From contig CAVVDA010000001.1 of assembly GCA_963746875.1 (NCBI GenBank), positions 832,025-896,024 on the forward strand: a DNA stretch of 64,000 nt, written 5' to 3'. Numbering within the stretch: position 1 is the first letter of the stretch; each line of letters begins with the position of its first letter. This document shows, piece after piece, positions 43,463 through 54,712 of this stretch. The DNA is from Thermoanaerobaculia bacterium. Lineage in GTDB: Bacteria; Acidobacteriota; Thermoanaerobaculia; UBA5066. The notes under the pieces are model-generated. The model had not been told where the DNA came from and did no database searches. It worked only from the letters and a program-made list of their open reading frames with translations. A program made the translations under genes and the position numbers.

Positions 43463-44968
43463 GGCCTCCGCCAACGTCTCCCGTCCCTCGCGAGCAGCGC
43501 CACGGACGCGTCGGGCCCCCAGGTGCCGGCTTCGTAGTTCGGGTGGTCGAGAGGCGGGTTGTCGCGCCACACGTCGAGCAGGGGCGTCACGTGCTCCCAG
43601 GCGGCTTCGACCTCGTCGCGCCGCGCGAAGAGCGTGGAGTCGCCGTGGATCGCGTCCATGAGGAGCCGTTCGTAAGCCTCCGGCTGCGACGCGCCGAAGA
43701 ACTCGCGATAGCGGAAGTCCATCGTGACGGGGTCGATCTTCGTCACGGGGCCGGGCACCTTCGCCCCGAACTTCCAGGCGACGCCCTCGTCGGGCTGGAT
43801 GCGCAGGACGAGGACGTTCGGCTCCTGCCGGAGGACGCCGACCTGCCGGAAAAGGGCGATCGGCGGCGTCTTGAACTGGATCGCGATCTCCGTGACGCGT
43901 TTGGGGAGGCGCTTTCCGGCGCGCAGGTAGAACGGCACGCCCGCCCACCGCCAGTTCTCGAGCTGCACCTTCCACGCCGCGTAGGTCTCGCGGAGCGACA
44001 TCGGGTTGACGTCCTTCTCCTCGCGATAGCCCACGACCGTCTGACCGTCCACCGCGCCCGGCCCGTACTGCCCGCGCACGCTGTCGCGCAGGATCTCCTC
44101 GGGCGACTGCGGCTGGATGGACCTCAGCACCTTCACCTTCTCGTCGCGCACGGCGTTCGGGTCGAAGGCGACGGGCGGCTCCATCGCGACGAGACACAGG
44201 AGCTGGAGAACGTGATTCTGGATGATGTCGCGGAGGACGCCGGCCTCCTCGTAGAACTTGCCCGCGGCTCTCGACGCCGATGCGACTCGGCCACGGTGAT
44301 CTGCACGTGGTCGACGTAGCGGCGGTTCCACAGAGGCTCGAAAATGCCGTTTCCGAGCCTCAGGACGAGGATGTTCTGCGTCGTCTCCTTGCCGAGGTAG
44401 TGGTCGATGCGGAAGATCTGCCGCTCGCGGAAGACCTGGGACAGCTCCTGGTTCAGCGCGCGCGCCGTCTGGAGATCGCGCCCGAACGGCTTTTCCACGA
44501 TGACGCGCGACCACGGGCCGCCGTCGACCCGGTAGACGAAGCCCTCCTGGCGGAGGTTGCTCACGACGACGCCGATCGCGGAGGGCGGGATCGCGAGGTA
44601 GATAGAGCCGGTTGCCCGGCAGGCCCCGCTCCTTCTCGATCGCCTCGAGGCGACCCTTGAGATCGGTGAAGTTCTTCGGAATCGTGAGGTCGCCGCGCGT
44701 AGAAGTAGAGGCGGGAGGCGAACTCGTTCCATACCGCTTCGTCGACGGGCTTCGTCCGCGCGAACTCGGCGACCGCGGCCTTCATCTCGGCGCGGTACGT
44801 CTCGTCGGATTCGCCCGTCCGCGCGTACCCGACGATGGCCGTCGCCGGCGGAAGCTGCTTTTCCCGATGCAGCTCGAAGAGCGCGGGCACCAGCTTGCGC
44901 TTGCTGAGGTCGCCCGAGCCTCCGAAGATGACGATCGTCGCGGGGTCGGTCGGAATCGAGCTGTACAT
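43459..44968 (-). CDS. zwf: Glucose-6-phosphate dehydrogenase (several frame disruptions)
   Basis: [31 protein letters not shown] (ATG 44968), ...[13 protein letters not shown]..., [46 protein letters not shown], and ...[10 protein letters not shown] at the C-terminus. The pieces are in ORFs 44561.., 44133.., 43459.. and a third frame near 44600-44700. Confidence 0.92.
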
Positions 44969-44985
44969 CCGGTCTCTCCGGCCGT

Positions 44986-46928
44986 CAGCGCTTCGCGGAC
45001 AGAGCTTCGCGAACGGCCTTCGCGATGGCCGGCCCGTCGAGGCCCATGAGCGCGTACAGCTCCTTCGCCGGTCCCGACGACGAGTAGAACGTGACGCCCA
45101 GCTTCCGGACGCGCGCGGTGAGGCCGAGGTCGTTGAGGCGCGCCTGGATCCACGTTCCGAGGCCCGTCTTCGGGTTGTGGTCCTCGACGGTGACGATCCT
45201 GCCCGTGCCGCGCGACGTGCGCGAGGTCGGAGTCCGAAAGGTCGCTCCACGCGGCCACGGATACGAGCTCGACGCGCGTTCCTTCCTTCGCGAGGGCGTT
45301 CCACGCTTCCAGCGCGTAGGGCAGCATGTTGCCGGCGCAGACGAGGGAGAGGCCGTCGCCCTCGCGGATCCTGTCGGCGCGGGTCGGATCGAAGGCGTAG
45401 TCGCCCCCGAAGAACGGCGTCCCGTCCTCCTTCAGCGCGACCGGGATCTTCGAGCGCCCCATGACGAGCGCGTGGTTCCCGCGATGCGTCGCCATCCAGC
45501 GCGTGACGCGGTCGGTCTGGTTCGGATCGGCCGGCGTGAAGCACCTTCCAGCCGAACGTGGAGTTCAGGAGGGCGAAGTAGTCGATGGAATGGTGCGTCT
45601 TGCCGTCCTCGCCCACGTCGATCCCGGAGTGCGTCACGGCGAGCTTCACGTTCGCGCCGTTGATGTCGTTCAGGCGCTGCTGGTTGTAGGACTCGGCCAC
45701 GCCGAACATCGCGAATTCGCCCCACCAGGCCGCGACGCCGGCGAGAGACAGCGCGCCCGTGACGACGGCCGCGTTGTGCTCGGCGATTCCGCCCTGGAAG
45801 AAGCTCTTCGGATGCGTCTCCAGGAACTTGTCCGTCTTCGTCGAAATCGAGAGGTCGCAGTCCAGGACGGCCATCGGGACGCCGGAGGACTCCGACAGCG
45901 TCCCGAGATCGGCGAGCGCGGCGCCGAAAGCGCTCCGGTTGTCGGTCTTCGCGTCGGGGGCGTAGGTCCGCGGCTTGCCGCCCTCGGGAAGGACGACCGG
46001 ACTCGTCCGGGCGATGCGGAAGGACGCGGTGCCAGTCGGGCGCGGGCTTCTTCCTCTCGGCGATCCAGTGGTCGAGATCGTCGGGGACGCCCAGGATGGC
46101 GAGCGCTTCGCGGCACTTGTCCGCGGGCAGCGCCGCCCCGTGCCACTTGAAGCCCTCCTTCTCCATGAAGGGGACGCCTTTCGACATGACCGTGCGGCAG
46201 GCGACGAGCGTCGGGCGGCTCGCGTTCAGGGCCGCTCGCACGGCACGGTACACGGCTCTGACGTCGTGGCCGTCGACCTCGAGGACGCCCCAGCCGTCCG
46301 CCTCCCAGTCGGCGACGATGTGCTGCGGCATGATGTCCGCGTTGCTTCCGGAGAGCTGCTCGCGGTTCCAGTCGAGGACGGCCACGAGGTTCGTCAGGCC
46401 GTAGCGCGCGGCGAAGCGGCGCGCCTCCGAGGGCTGGCCCTTCTGCTGCTCGCCGTCTCCCATTCCGCAGAACACACGCGCGCCGTTGCCCTTGATCTTC
46501 GCCGCCAGCGCGAAGCCCACCGCGGCCGAGAAGCCCTGCCCGAGGTTGCCCGTTCCCCAGTCGACGCCCGGCACGTCCCTCTCGACGTGCCCCTCGAACG
46601 GCGAGCCGCCGCGGCGAAAGCCCAGGAGAGGCAGGGAGGGGTCGAAATACCCGAGCCGCGCGAGCGCCGCGTACGAGCCGGGAGAAATGTGCCCGTGGCT
46701 GATCACGACACGGTCGCGATCTTCCTTGAACGGCTTCTTCGGGTCGCAGTTCCCGAATCCCCAAAGGACGAGCAGGAAGTCGAGGGACGACATCGAGCCG
46801 CCGGGGTGCCCCGAGGCGGCGAGAGTCGTCATCTTCAGGATGTCGCCCCGCGCGTCCCTCCCGAGCGCGGCGAGGCGCCCGGCCTGCGCATCCGTGAGCT
46901 CCGCCCCCTCGAAGCTGCCGAGGATCAA
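44986..46928 (-). CDS. tkt: Transketolase, single chain built from split-type N- and C-terminal halves (three frame disruptions near 45990, 45530 and 45200)
   Basis: TTG at 46928 overlaps the tal stop. N-terminal half: ASGHPGGSMSSLDFL...ISHGHISPGSYA...GNLGQGFSAAVGFA...GMGDGEQQKGQ...VEVDGHD. C-terminal half: ...NRSAFGAALADLG...DCDLSISTKTDKF...FQGGIAEHNAAVV...THSGIDVGEDGKTHHSIDY...RIVTVEDHNPKTGLG...*. Confidence 0.88.
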
Positions 46929-48071
46929 GCCTTCACTCCCGCGGACGCCTTCACGGCCTCGGCGCGGCGCGACTCGATCGTCGCGAGAAGCTCCTCGTAG
47001 GACTTCGCGAAGAGGGCGACGCCGTCCGTCTGCAGGCGCTCGCCCACCGCCTCGATGTCGATCCCGACGGCGCGAAGGTCGTCGAGCGTCTTTTTCGCGT
47101 CGGCCACGCCTTCCAAAACGGTGTCCCCGGGCGCCTTGCCGTGATCCAGGAGCGCCTCGAGCGTCTTTTCGGGCATCGTGTTCACGGTATCGGGGCCGAG
47201 GAGGTTCTCGATGTAAAGGAGGTCGGAGTAGGCGGGGTTCTTCGTGCCCGTGGACGCCCAGAGCGGCCGCTGGACGCGCGCGCCCTTCGCGCGAAGGGCG
47301 GCGAACGGCGCGGCGTCGAAGATCGCGAGAAAGTCCTGGTAGACGACCTTCGAGTTCGCGAGACCCGCCTTGCCGAGGAGACTCTCGAGCCGGGTCTTTT
47401 CCGCCCCCGAGGCCTTCTGGATCTTCTCGCCGAGGAGCTTGTCGACGAGCGTGTCGACGCGCGAGACGAAGAACGACGCGACCGAGTGGACGCGCGAGAG
47501 GTCCCCGCCTTTCGCCGCGAAGTCCGAAAGGCCGTCGAGGTACGCGTTCGCGACCTCGCGGTAGTGCTTCCGGTTGAACATGAGCGTGATGTTGATCGAG
47601 ATCCCCTCGCCGATCAGGCGGCGGATCGCGGGAACGCCGCCGGCGTCGCGGGCACCTTGATGAAGACGTTCGGGCGAGCGAGCGTCGAAGAGAGCCTCTT
47701 CGCCTCGGCGACGGTCTTCTCGGTTTCCGCCGCGAGCGAGGGAAGGACCTCGAGCGAGATCCACCCGTCCACGGGTTCCGGTCGTGCAGCGCGCGAAACG
47801 CGTCCGCGCCCTCGGCGATGTCCTTTCGGGTGAGCGCGTCGTAAATCGCGAACGCGTCCTTCCCCTCGCGCGCGAGACGCTCGAGGTCCGTGTTGTAGTC
47901 GCCTTCGTTCTTCAGGATGGCCTGGCCGAAGATCGTCGGGTTCGACGTCACCCCGTAGACCGAGCCGGCCTCGATCAGCGACGACAGCCGCCCGGAATGG
48001 ATCATCTTCGAGGAGATGGTGTCCAGCCACACGGCCTGGCCGCGGCGGCGATATTCGATGGGTGTGCTCAT
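46925..48071 (-). CDS. tal: Transaldolase (two frame disruptions near 47780 and 47640)
   Basis: [48 protein letters not shown]..., then VDGWISLEV...NVFIKVPAT, then [20 protein letters not shown]...[11 protein letters not shown]...[10 protein letters not shown]. Confidence 0.9.
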
Positions 48072-48101
48072 GGCATTACCTCCCGGACGGGACGGATCGT
48101 A

Positions 48102-49247
48102 TTACGAAGGGGGACCGTAGAAAGGCATCCGCGCGCCGAGAGCGGTCAGCCACGCGACGATCGCCTCCCGAAGCTCGGGCACCCCGTCTCCCGTCGCCGC
48201 CGAGATCCGGATCCCGTCGACCGCGAGCGCGTCCGGGTGCGGGCGGTCGGTCTTGTTGTACGCGAGGAGGATGCGCCGCTTCTCCACGCCGAAGCCCGCG
48301 ATCACCTCCTCGGCGACGGCGCGCTGCTCGGCTGCCTGCGCGGACGACGCGTCGACGACGTGAACGAGCAGGTCCGCGTCCTTCACCTCGGCGAGCGTGG
48401 ACTTGAACGACGCCACGAGCGTGTGCGGGAGCTTGCGGAGAAAGCCGACCGTGTCGGCCAGGACGATCGCGCGTCCGCCCACGCCCTGGAGCCGCGCGTG
48501 CCGCGGGTCGAGCGTGGCGAACAGGCGGTCTTCGGCGAATTCCTTCGAGGACGTCAGCCGGTTGAAGAGCGTCGTCTTTCCCGCGTTCGTGTAGCCCACG
48601 AGGGAGACCGTCGCGACGCGCTTCATCCCCTTCCGCCTCACGTCGCGCTGGGTCTCGATGTGCTGGAGCTCCTCCTTGAGCTTCGCGATGCGCGTGCGCA
48701 CCCGCCGGCGGTCCAGCTCGATCTTCCGCTCGCCCGCGCCGCCGCGGAACGCGCCTCCGCCGCGCTGCTGGGCGAGGCCCTTGGACGGCCCGGCGAGCCG
48801 CGGGAGCTCGTACTGGAGCCTCGCGAGCTCGACCTGCGTCATGGCTTCCCGCGAGCGGGCGCGGGAGGCGAAGATCCTGAGGATGACGCCGGCGCGGTCG
48901 AGCACCTGCGTCGGAAGCTTCTTGTCGAGGTTCCGCGCCTGCGTGGGCGTGAGCTCGTCGTCGAAGACCGTCCAGCCGGCGCCGAGGGCGCGCGCCGCCT
49001 CGGCGATCTCCTCGACCTTTCCCGAGCCGACGTACGTCGCGGGGTCGGGCCCGCGGCGCTCCTGCAGCGCTCGCGCGACCACGAGCCCGCCCGCGGTGTC
49101 CACGAGGCGTTCGAGCTCGTCGAGCTGGTCCTCGGCCATCTCCCTCGGGATCTCGCGCCCGTAGACGCCCACGAGGATCGTGCGGCGGGAATCGGGCTTT
49201 TCTTCGGGCGGAGGAGGAGCTTCCTTCCCGGGACGTCGCGGGCTCAC
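48102..49247 (-). CDS. hflX: GTPase HflX (start approximate)
   Basis: Intact frame: DELERLVDTAGG...YVGSGKVEEI...VFDDELTPTQARNL...VLDRAGVILRIFASRA...VSLVGYTNAGKTTLFN...LFATLDP...LADTVGF...NKTD. GTG at 49247 is proposed as the start. Confidence 0.88.
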   Translation of the reverse strand: MSPRRPGKEAPPPPEEKPDSRRTILVGVYGREIPREMAEDQLDELERLVDTAGGLVVARALQERRGPDPATYVGSGKVEEIAEAARALGAGWTVFDDELTPTQARNLDKKLPTQVLDRAGVILRIFASRARSREAMTQVELARLQYELPRLAGPSKGLAQQRGGGAFRGGAGERKIELDRRRVRTRIAKLKEELQHIETQRDVRRKGMKRVATVSLVGYTNAGKTTLFNRLTSSKEFAEDRLFATLDPRHARLQGVGGRAIVLADTVGFLRKLPHTLVASFKSTLAEVKDADLLVHVVDASSAQAAEQRAVAEEVIAGFGVEKRRILLAYNKTDRPHPDALAVDGIRISAATGDGVPELREAIVAWLTALGARMPFYGPPS

Positions 49248-49271
49248 CGCGAGGATGCTAGCGTAGGAGGC

Positions 49272-50107
49272 ATGAGACGCGCGGCCGGCCCCCCGAACCT
49301 CGCCCTCCTCGGCGAGCGCCTCGAGACCCTGAGGCGCGAGTGGCGCTCGCGCCGGCTCGACTCGGACCCGCTCGTCTTCGCGCACCGCTACGCCGATCCG
49401 GCGGACCGCGAGGTCGTGGCCTTCGTCTCCGCCTCGCTCGCCTTCGGGCGCGTCGCGTCGATCCAGGCCTCGATCGCGCGCGTCCTCGCCGCGCTCGGGC
49501 CGAGACCCGCGGCGTATCCTCGATGCATGGGACGAGGAAGACTATCGCCTCCCTGCAGCGCATTCCGGCACCGCTGGGTTTCGGGAAACGACATTGAAGA
49601 GTTTCTTCGAATGGTAAAGAGGGCGAGGCACGCGCACGGCTCTCTGGGCGCGCTCTTCGCGACGGGGGACGGCGGCGGGAGACGATTTCGTCGCCCGCCC
49701 TTTCTTCCTTTCATAGAAATCTTCACGCCCTCTCCCCTCGCTCGACCAGCGCTCCCTCGCGAGGGCTGAAGTTTCTCCTGCCGTCCCCCGAGAGCCGGCT
49801 CGGCCTGCAAGCGCTCCCACCTCTTCCTGCGCTGGATGATCCGGACGGAGGGCTTCGATCTCGGCCTCTGGACGGGCGGGCGCTTCACGCCCGCGCGCCT
49901 CCTCCTCCCGATGGACGTCCACCTCCACCGCATCTCGCGCCGCATCGGCCTCACGCGCCGCAAGACGGCCGACCTCGCGGCGGCGCGCGAGGCCACCGGC
50001 GTGGCTGCAGGCGCATCTCGCCCGCAGACCCCGTCGCCTACGACTGGCCGCTTTCGCGCCTCGGCATCCTCGGCCTGCCCGTGACGCTGCCCGCGGCCCG
50101 CGCATGA
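49272..50107 (+). CDS. TIGR02757 (DUF2400) family protein (at least two frame disruptions)
   Basis: ATG at 49272 follows AGGAGG. Sequence: LDSDPLVFAHRYADPADREVVAFVSASLAFGRV...FRHRWVSGNDIEEFL...HGSLGALF, then GSACKRSHLFLRWMIRTEGFDLGLW...LLLPMDVHLHRISRRIGLTRRK, then DPVAYDWPLSRLGILG. The stop TGA 50105-50107 overlaps the next ATG. Confidence 0.8.
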
Positions 50108-50687
50108 AAGATTCGCGGCGCCTCCTCGTCGTCCTCGCGGCCGCGGCCCTCGCCGCGGCGGCGCTCGGTTACTTCGCGAAAGACGCGTTGCTCCCGCCCG
50201 CCGCGCCCCGCCCCGCCGCCGCGCCCGCGAAGGCGCGCGGCGCCCGCGGCGCCCCTCGTCGTCCTCGCGCGCGACGGCACACGGCGCGACCTCGCGTCGA
50301 AGAACGGGCAAGGGGCTGATCCTGCATTTCTGGGCCACGTGGTGCCCGCCCTGCCGCGAGGAGATGCCCGAGCTCGTGAAGTTCGTCGGGGACACGAAGG
50401 GCGACGCGAACGTCGAGTTCCTCGCCGTCTCGACGGACGAGGACTGGAAGACCGTGGACGCGTGGTTGAAGGAGCACGGGATCTCGGGCCTGCCCGTCGC
50501 GCTGGATCCCAAGGGCGCCGACCGCGAGCCTGTACGGGACCGACCGGCTATCCCGAGACGTTCTTCATCACGCCGTCGGGCGAGATCGTCCAGCACGTCG
50601 TGGGCCCGATGGACTGGAGCTCTCCGCAGTTCCGCGCGTTCGCGGCGGAGTTCAGCCGCGCGTCGGGCGCGGCAGAAGGTCAACTGA
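50104..50687 (+). CDS. TlpA/ResA-like thiol-disulfide oxidoreductase, membrane-anchored (two or more frame disruptions; 3' end uncertain)
   Basis: Anchor: MKDSRRLLVVLAAAALAAAALGYF. Thioredoxin fold: GLILHFWATWCPPCREEMPEL...EFLAVSTDED...LPVALDPKG. The next part, ...YPETFFITPSGEIVQHVVGPMDW, is in the third frame. Confidence 0.8.
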
Positions 50688-50707
50688 GCCTGATCGGGGC
50701 CGCGCCC

Positions 50708-51334
50708 TCAGTTCGAGGCGTCGAGGAGGGAGAGCGTGACGTCCGCCTTCGCGGCGCCCGACGCCGCGACCGTCACGGGCTGCGACTTCTCGCCGAAGAG
50801 CTCGTGCCACGTCTTGAGGCGGTAGGTGCCGGGCGGAACGAGGGGGAACGCGAACCGCCCCTCCTTGTCCGTGACGGCCGCAAACGGCGTGTCGGCCACG
50901 AAGAGCCACGCCGTCATCCACGTGTGGACGTCGCACTTCAAGCGCACGACGCCCGGTTCCGTGAACGTCTCGGTGAAGGTCTGCCCCTTGACGGGGATCG
51001 CCCGGTTGAAGATCTGCGCGGCGCCGGCCGTCGTCGCGTGGACGTTGTGAAGCACGGGGTCCGAGTTTCCGATGACGACGGGCGCCCCCTTCGACACGAC
51101 CTGCACGTACGGCGCGAACAGGCAGTTCTTCTGGTCGAGGTGGAACGGCCCCTTCGGAAGCGCGCCGCCCTTCGCGCCCTCGAGCCACACGACCGCGTTC
51201 GCGATTCCCTTGTCCTTCGCGAGGACGAGAGACGGCGAAGGCCGGTCGGCCCTGCCGCAGATCGCGACGTCGGCGTTCACGGGCCGCGGCGCGAGCTTCG
51301 GGACGGGGCCGGAGAGAGTCACTTTGCCAAACAC
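50708..51334 (-). CDS. Cupredoxin-fold (amicyanin-type Cu site) protein with C-terminal carboxypeptidase-regulatory-like beta domain; true N-terminus probably further upstream in another frame
   Basis: Intact 208-aa ORF. Candidate type-1 Cu ligands are HNVH (residues 96-99) and CDVHTWM (residues 134-140, nt 50915-50935; CxxHxxM spacing as in amicyanin). The C-terminal part is DKEGRFAFPLVPPGTYRLKTWHE. A signal-like stretch FGLLSVLVVSLVFSL is readable at about 51480-51520 in a different frame. Confidence 0.6.
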   Translation of the reverse strand: MFGKVTLSGPVPKLAPRPVNADVAICGRADRPSPSLVLAKDKGIANAVVWLEGAKGGALPKGPFHLDQKNCLFAPYVQVVSKGAPVVIGNSDPVLHNVHATTAGAAQIFNRAIPVKGQTFTETFTEPGVVRLKCDVHTWMTAWLFVADTPFAAVTDKEGRFAFPLVPPGTYRLKTWHELFGEKSQPVTVAASGAAKADVTLSLLDASN

Positions 51335-51547
51335 CCCGTGCGAGGGCGCTGGCGGAGCTTCGCCTGCTGCCGGCTCGGCCGTGTTTCGGCGCTTTTCTTA
51401 GAAGGTGAATGGGGCGATTCGCTGCTCCCGCCCGGCGCTGCCGAGCCGGCAGCGCTGCGGCGGCGTTTCCCTCTTTTCCATTCAAAGAAAAAACCAGCGA
51501 TACGACAAGAACTGACAACAGCCCGAAAGCGCACGGGAATCTTCGTC

Positions 51548-54500
51548 CTAGTTCGCCGCGACGGCTGCCGACGCCTTCGGCCTCGCGGCGCGTTTTCCGC
51601 CCGCTTGCGCCTTCGGCGCCTGCGGCGCCGTGAGGAAGTCGTTGCCGAGCGACCAGATGTGGTCGCGCAGCGCCTTCGTGACGCGGTCGGGATCGTCGAT
51701 GTAGGCCTTCGCCCCTTCCTCGGATCCCCAGATCGCGACGAGGTCCTTCTTGAACCCCGCGAACGCGGGCGTGTCGAGCGCGGGCGCGAGCGGCGAGATG
51801 CGCTTCGCGGGCTTGCCCGGCCCCTCGTCCATCTTCGGGAAGTTCGTGGGCATGCGCGTGCCCGGCATCCACTCCTCGGGCCGCTTGATCCAGTCCGCGA
51901 TCCACTCGTACCGCAGGCGCGTGTGCGCCGCCGCGAGAATGGGCGCGAGATCCGCCGGCGTCTTGCCCGCCTTGAGCGCGAGCTGGAAGGCGTCCTGCGA
52001 CGTCGGATGGCACTGCGCGCACTTCAGCGCCTCGAACGTCTTCGCCCCCGCCGCGCGCGAGCGCGCGTCGAGCGCCTCGACGCGGTTCTCGAAGGGATAG
52101 CGCGCCTTGTCGAGAGACGCGAAGTAGGACGTGAGGCCGTTGAGCTGGTCCGGGTTGAACTCGAAGGTCGGCATGCGGACCTTCAGCCACGGCCGGATCT
52201 GGCCCGAGCGCGGCGCGGCGCAGGAACGAGAAGAGCCAGTCGCTCTGCACCTTGGCGCCCTCGCCGCGGATGATCGGCGGCGCGAGCGCGAGGTCGATCT
52301 TGTTCGCCGTCATGGCCTCGCGGATCGCTCCGCCCTCGTCCTCGAGGATGTGGCAGCCCTGGCAGTTGTAGTCCTTCACGATGCGGCGCCCGGCCTCGAC
52401 CGCGCCGCGCGCGCCGGCCGCTTTCACGACGAGAGCGTCGGCCATGTCGTCCTTCTGCATCCCGAGGATCGCCGTCTGGACGGCCTCGATCTCCGCGGGC
52501 GAGAGCGAGAACTGCGGCATCTTCAGCTTCTCCTGGAACGTCTTCACCTTCTCGCGGTCGAAGGAGCGCGGCTATCGCCGACCTTCTGCGCGAGCCAGTC
52601 CGCGCGCGTGTGCGGCAGGTGCACGAACCCGAAGTCGAGGAGATGGACCGGCTTGTTGCCCCACTCGGACAGCTCGACGCCGATCGGCTTGGCCTTCTCG
52701 AAGCCGGGGATCGCGTGGCACGCGTAGCAGCCGTAGTGGCCGATGATCTTCTCGCCCACGAAGAGGTCCTTCTCTTTGGGCGTCATCTTCGCGACGTCGC
52801 GCCTTCGCCTCCACGACGGACTTCGTCTGCGTGAGGTAGTCGTAGACGAGCGCGTCGCGCTCCTTCTCGTCGGCCTTCGGGGGGCGGCTGCGTTGGAACT
52901 CGGGCTGCGCGGGCCGGCTCATGAGGAACGCGACGAGGTCGGCGATCTCGTCGGGAGCGAGGCGCAGGTTCGGCATCCGCGTCTCGGGGTTGTAGGCCTT
53001 CGGATTCTTCAGCCAGGAAGCGAGCCACTCCGGCGTCACCTTCTGCGAGAGGCCGATCAGGTTCGGGCCGTGCTGGCGCCAGCCGTCCATCACGTGGCGT
53101 TCGGCCCCCAGTCTCGGAGATGTGGCAGCCCTGGCAGCCCACGTTCTCGAAGAGCTGCTGGCCGCGCGCCGCGTCTCCCGCCGGGACCGCGGGCCACGCC
53201 GCCTTCTCGGACTTCTCGAAAAGGTAAGCCGTGACGCCGGCGATCATCGTGTCCGTGAGGCGGTGCCCCGATTCTCCCGCGAAGTTCTCGAGGTAGAAGA
53301 AGCGCGGCATCTTCGTGTTGTTCCGGAAGGCGCGCGGGTTCACGAGCCAGCGCTCCGTCCACTCGGGCGTCGTCTTGGACGCGACCCGGGTGAGATTCGG
53401 CCCGACGCGCGGCAGATCCTCGAGACCTTTCATCCTGTGGCAGCTCCAGCAGCCGAGCTGCTCGACGAGCTTGCGGCCCTGGTCGAGCTTCGCCGCCTTC
53501 GGGTGCCCCGCGTCGCTCCGGTGGCAGCGGAAGCAGCCGGCCTCCACGGCCTTCATCGGGTACATGGGCAGATCGTTGAACTTGTCGACCTCCCAGTCGT
53601 ATTCCTTCATCCAGCGGCCCGTCTGCGTCTCGCCCATCGCCTCCTTCACCGCGTCGTCGTCCGTCGGCAGGCCCTTGTCGTCGTGCCCCTCCTCGATCTG
53701 CGCGGCGAGGTGCTCGTAGCGCCCGTAATCGTTCGGCATGTGGCCGGCGCGCGTGAAGTCGGTCGCGCGGTCGCGGCCGCCGTGACACGACGTGCAGCCG
53801 AACGTCGCGTACGGATGCGGCGAGTTCGAGTCGACGAAGAGATCGAGGCGGGGATGCGTCCTCAGGACGGACTGGGGGTACTTCTCCTTGTCCTCGAAGC
53901 CCCGGGTCTCGGCCGCGATGTGGCACGTCATGCAGCGGTCGACGCGCTGGCTCCTGAGGAAGTTCACGTCGTTGTAGAGGCCGTCGAGCTGGACCTGCTG
54001 GATCTTGAGGGACGGAGCGAGCATGTCGGCGATGGGCGCGTTGCGCACGAAGTAGAACGCGTCGTTCTGCCGGAGAGTCCTGATCTTCGCCTGGAACCGG
54101 TCGTAGTCGGCATCGAGCTTGACGAGCGCCTCCTCGGCCTCCTTCTTCGTGCGCTCGAGCGCCGCCAGCTCGGCTTTCGCCGCGTCCCATCCTCGCGCGG
54201 GCGGCCTGCTCCGCGACCGTGCTCGCGTCGTAGGCCGCCTTCAGGCGCTCGTAGCTCGTTCCGCGCCGACTCGGTGGCCGGCGACTTCGGGCTCTCCTTC
54301 TGGCGCGTCTCGAAGACGTAGCGCGCCGTGTCCATCTCGGCCTTCTTGAAGCGGAAGTCCTGATCGGCGTCGTACCAGGCCCCTTCGGCCTTCTTCGTCC
54401 GGCTCTTCCGCCTCCGAGACCGCCGCGCGATTGCGGCGCAGCTCGCGCGCGCCCTCGCGCTTCTGCTCGAGGTACTTCTCCTCGACCTCGGGATCGATCT

Positions 54501-54711
54501 TCTCGGAGGCCGCCCGGAGCGCCGCGCGCGTCCTCTTGCGGTCGTTCTCGACGAACTTCTTCTGCCAGGACTTCCAGTCGCGCCCGTAGTCCTGCCACGT
54601 CATCCACCCGAACACCGGCAGCGCGAGGATCGACGTGATCGCGAAGACCTTCGTCAGCCGCTTGATGTCGTAGTGGTGATCGATCGGTTCGGGCGGCGGT
54701 GCTTTGGCCAT
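51548..54711 (-). CDS. Membrane-anchored multihaem c-type cytochrome, eight CxxCH motifs (at least six frame disruptions)
   Basis: ATG at 54711, followed by the TM segment FAITSILALPVFGWM and a coiled-coil region. Haem motifs, each verified on the sequence: CMTCH 53920-53934, CTSCH 53782-53796, CFRCH 53521-53535, CWSCH 53437-53451, CQGCH 53122-53136, CYACH 52715-52729, CQGCH 52350-52364, CAQCH 52007-52021. The last four sit in repeated class-I-like modules (...PEW...W..NP....P.T.MP...). The pieces are in ORFs 54241.., 53964.., 53090.., 52783.., 52572.., 52544.., 50652.. and 51548... Confidence 0.85.
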
Positions 54712-54712
54712 G

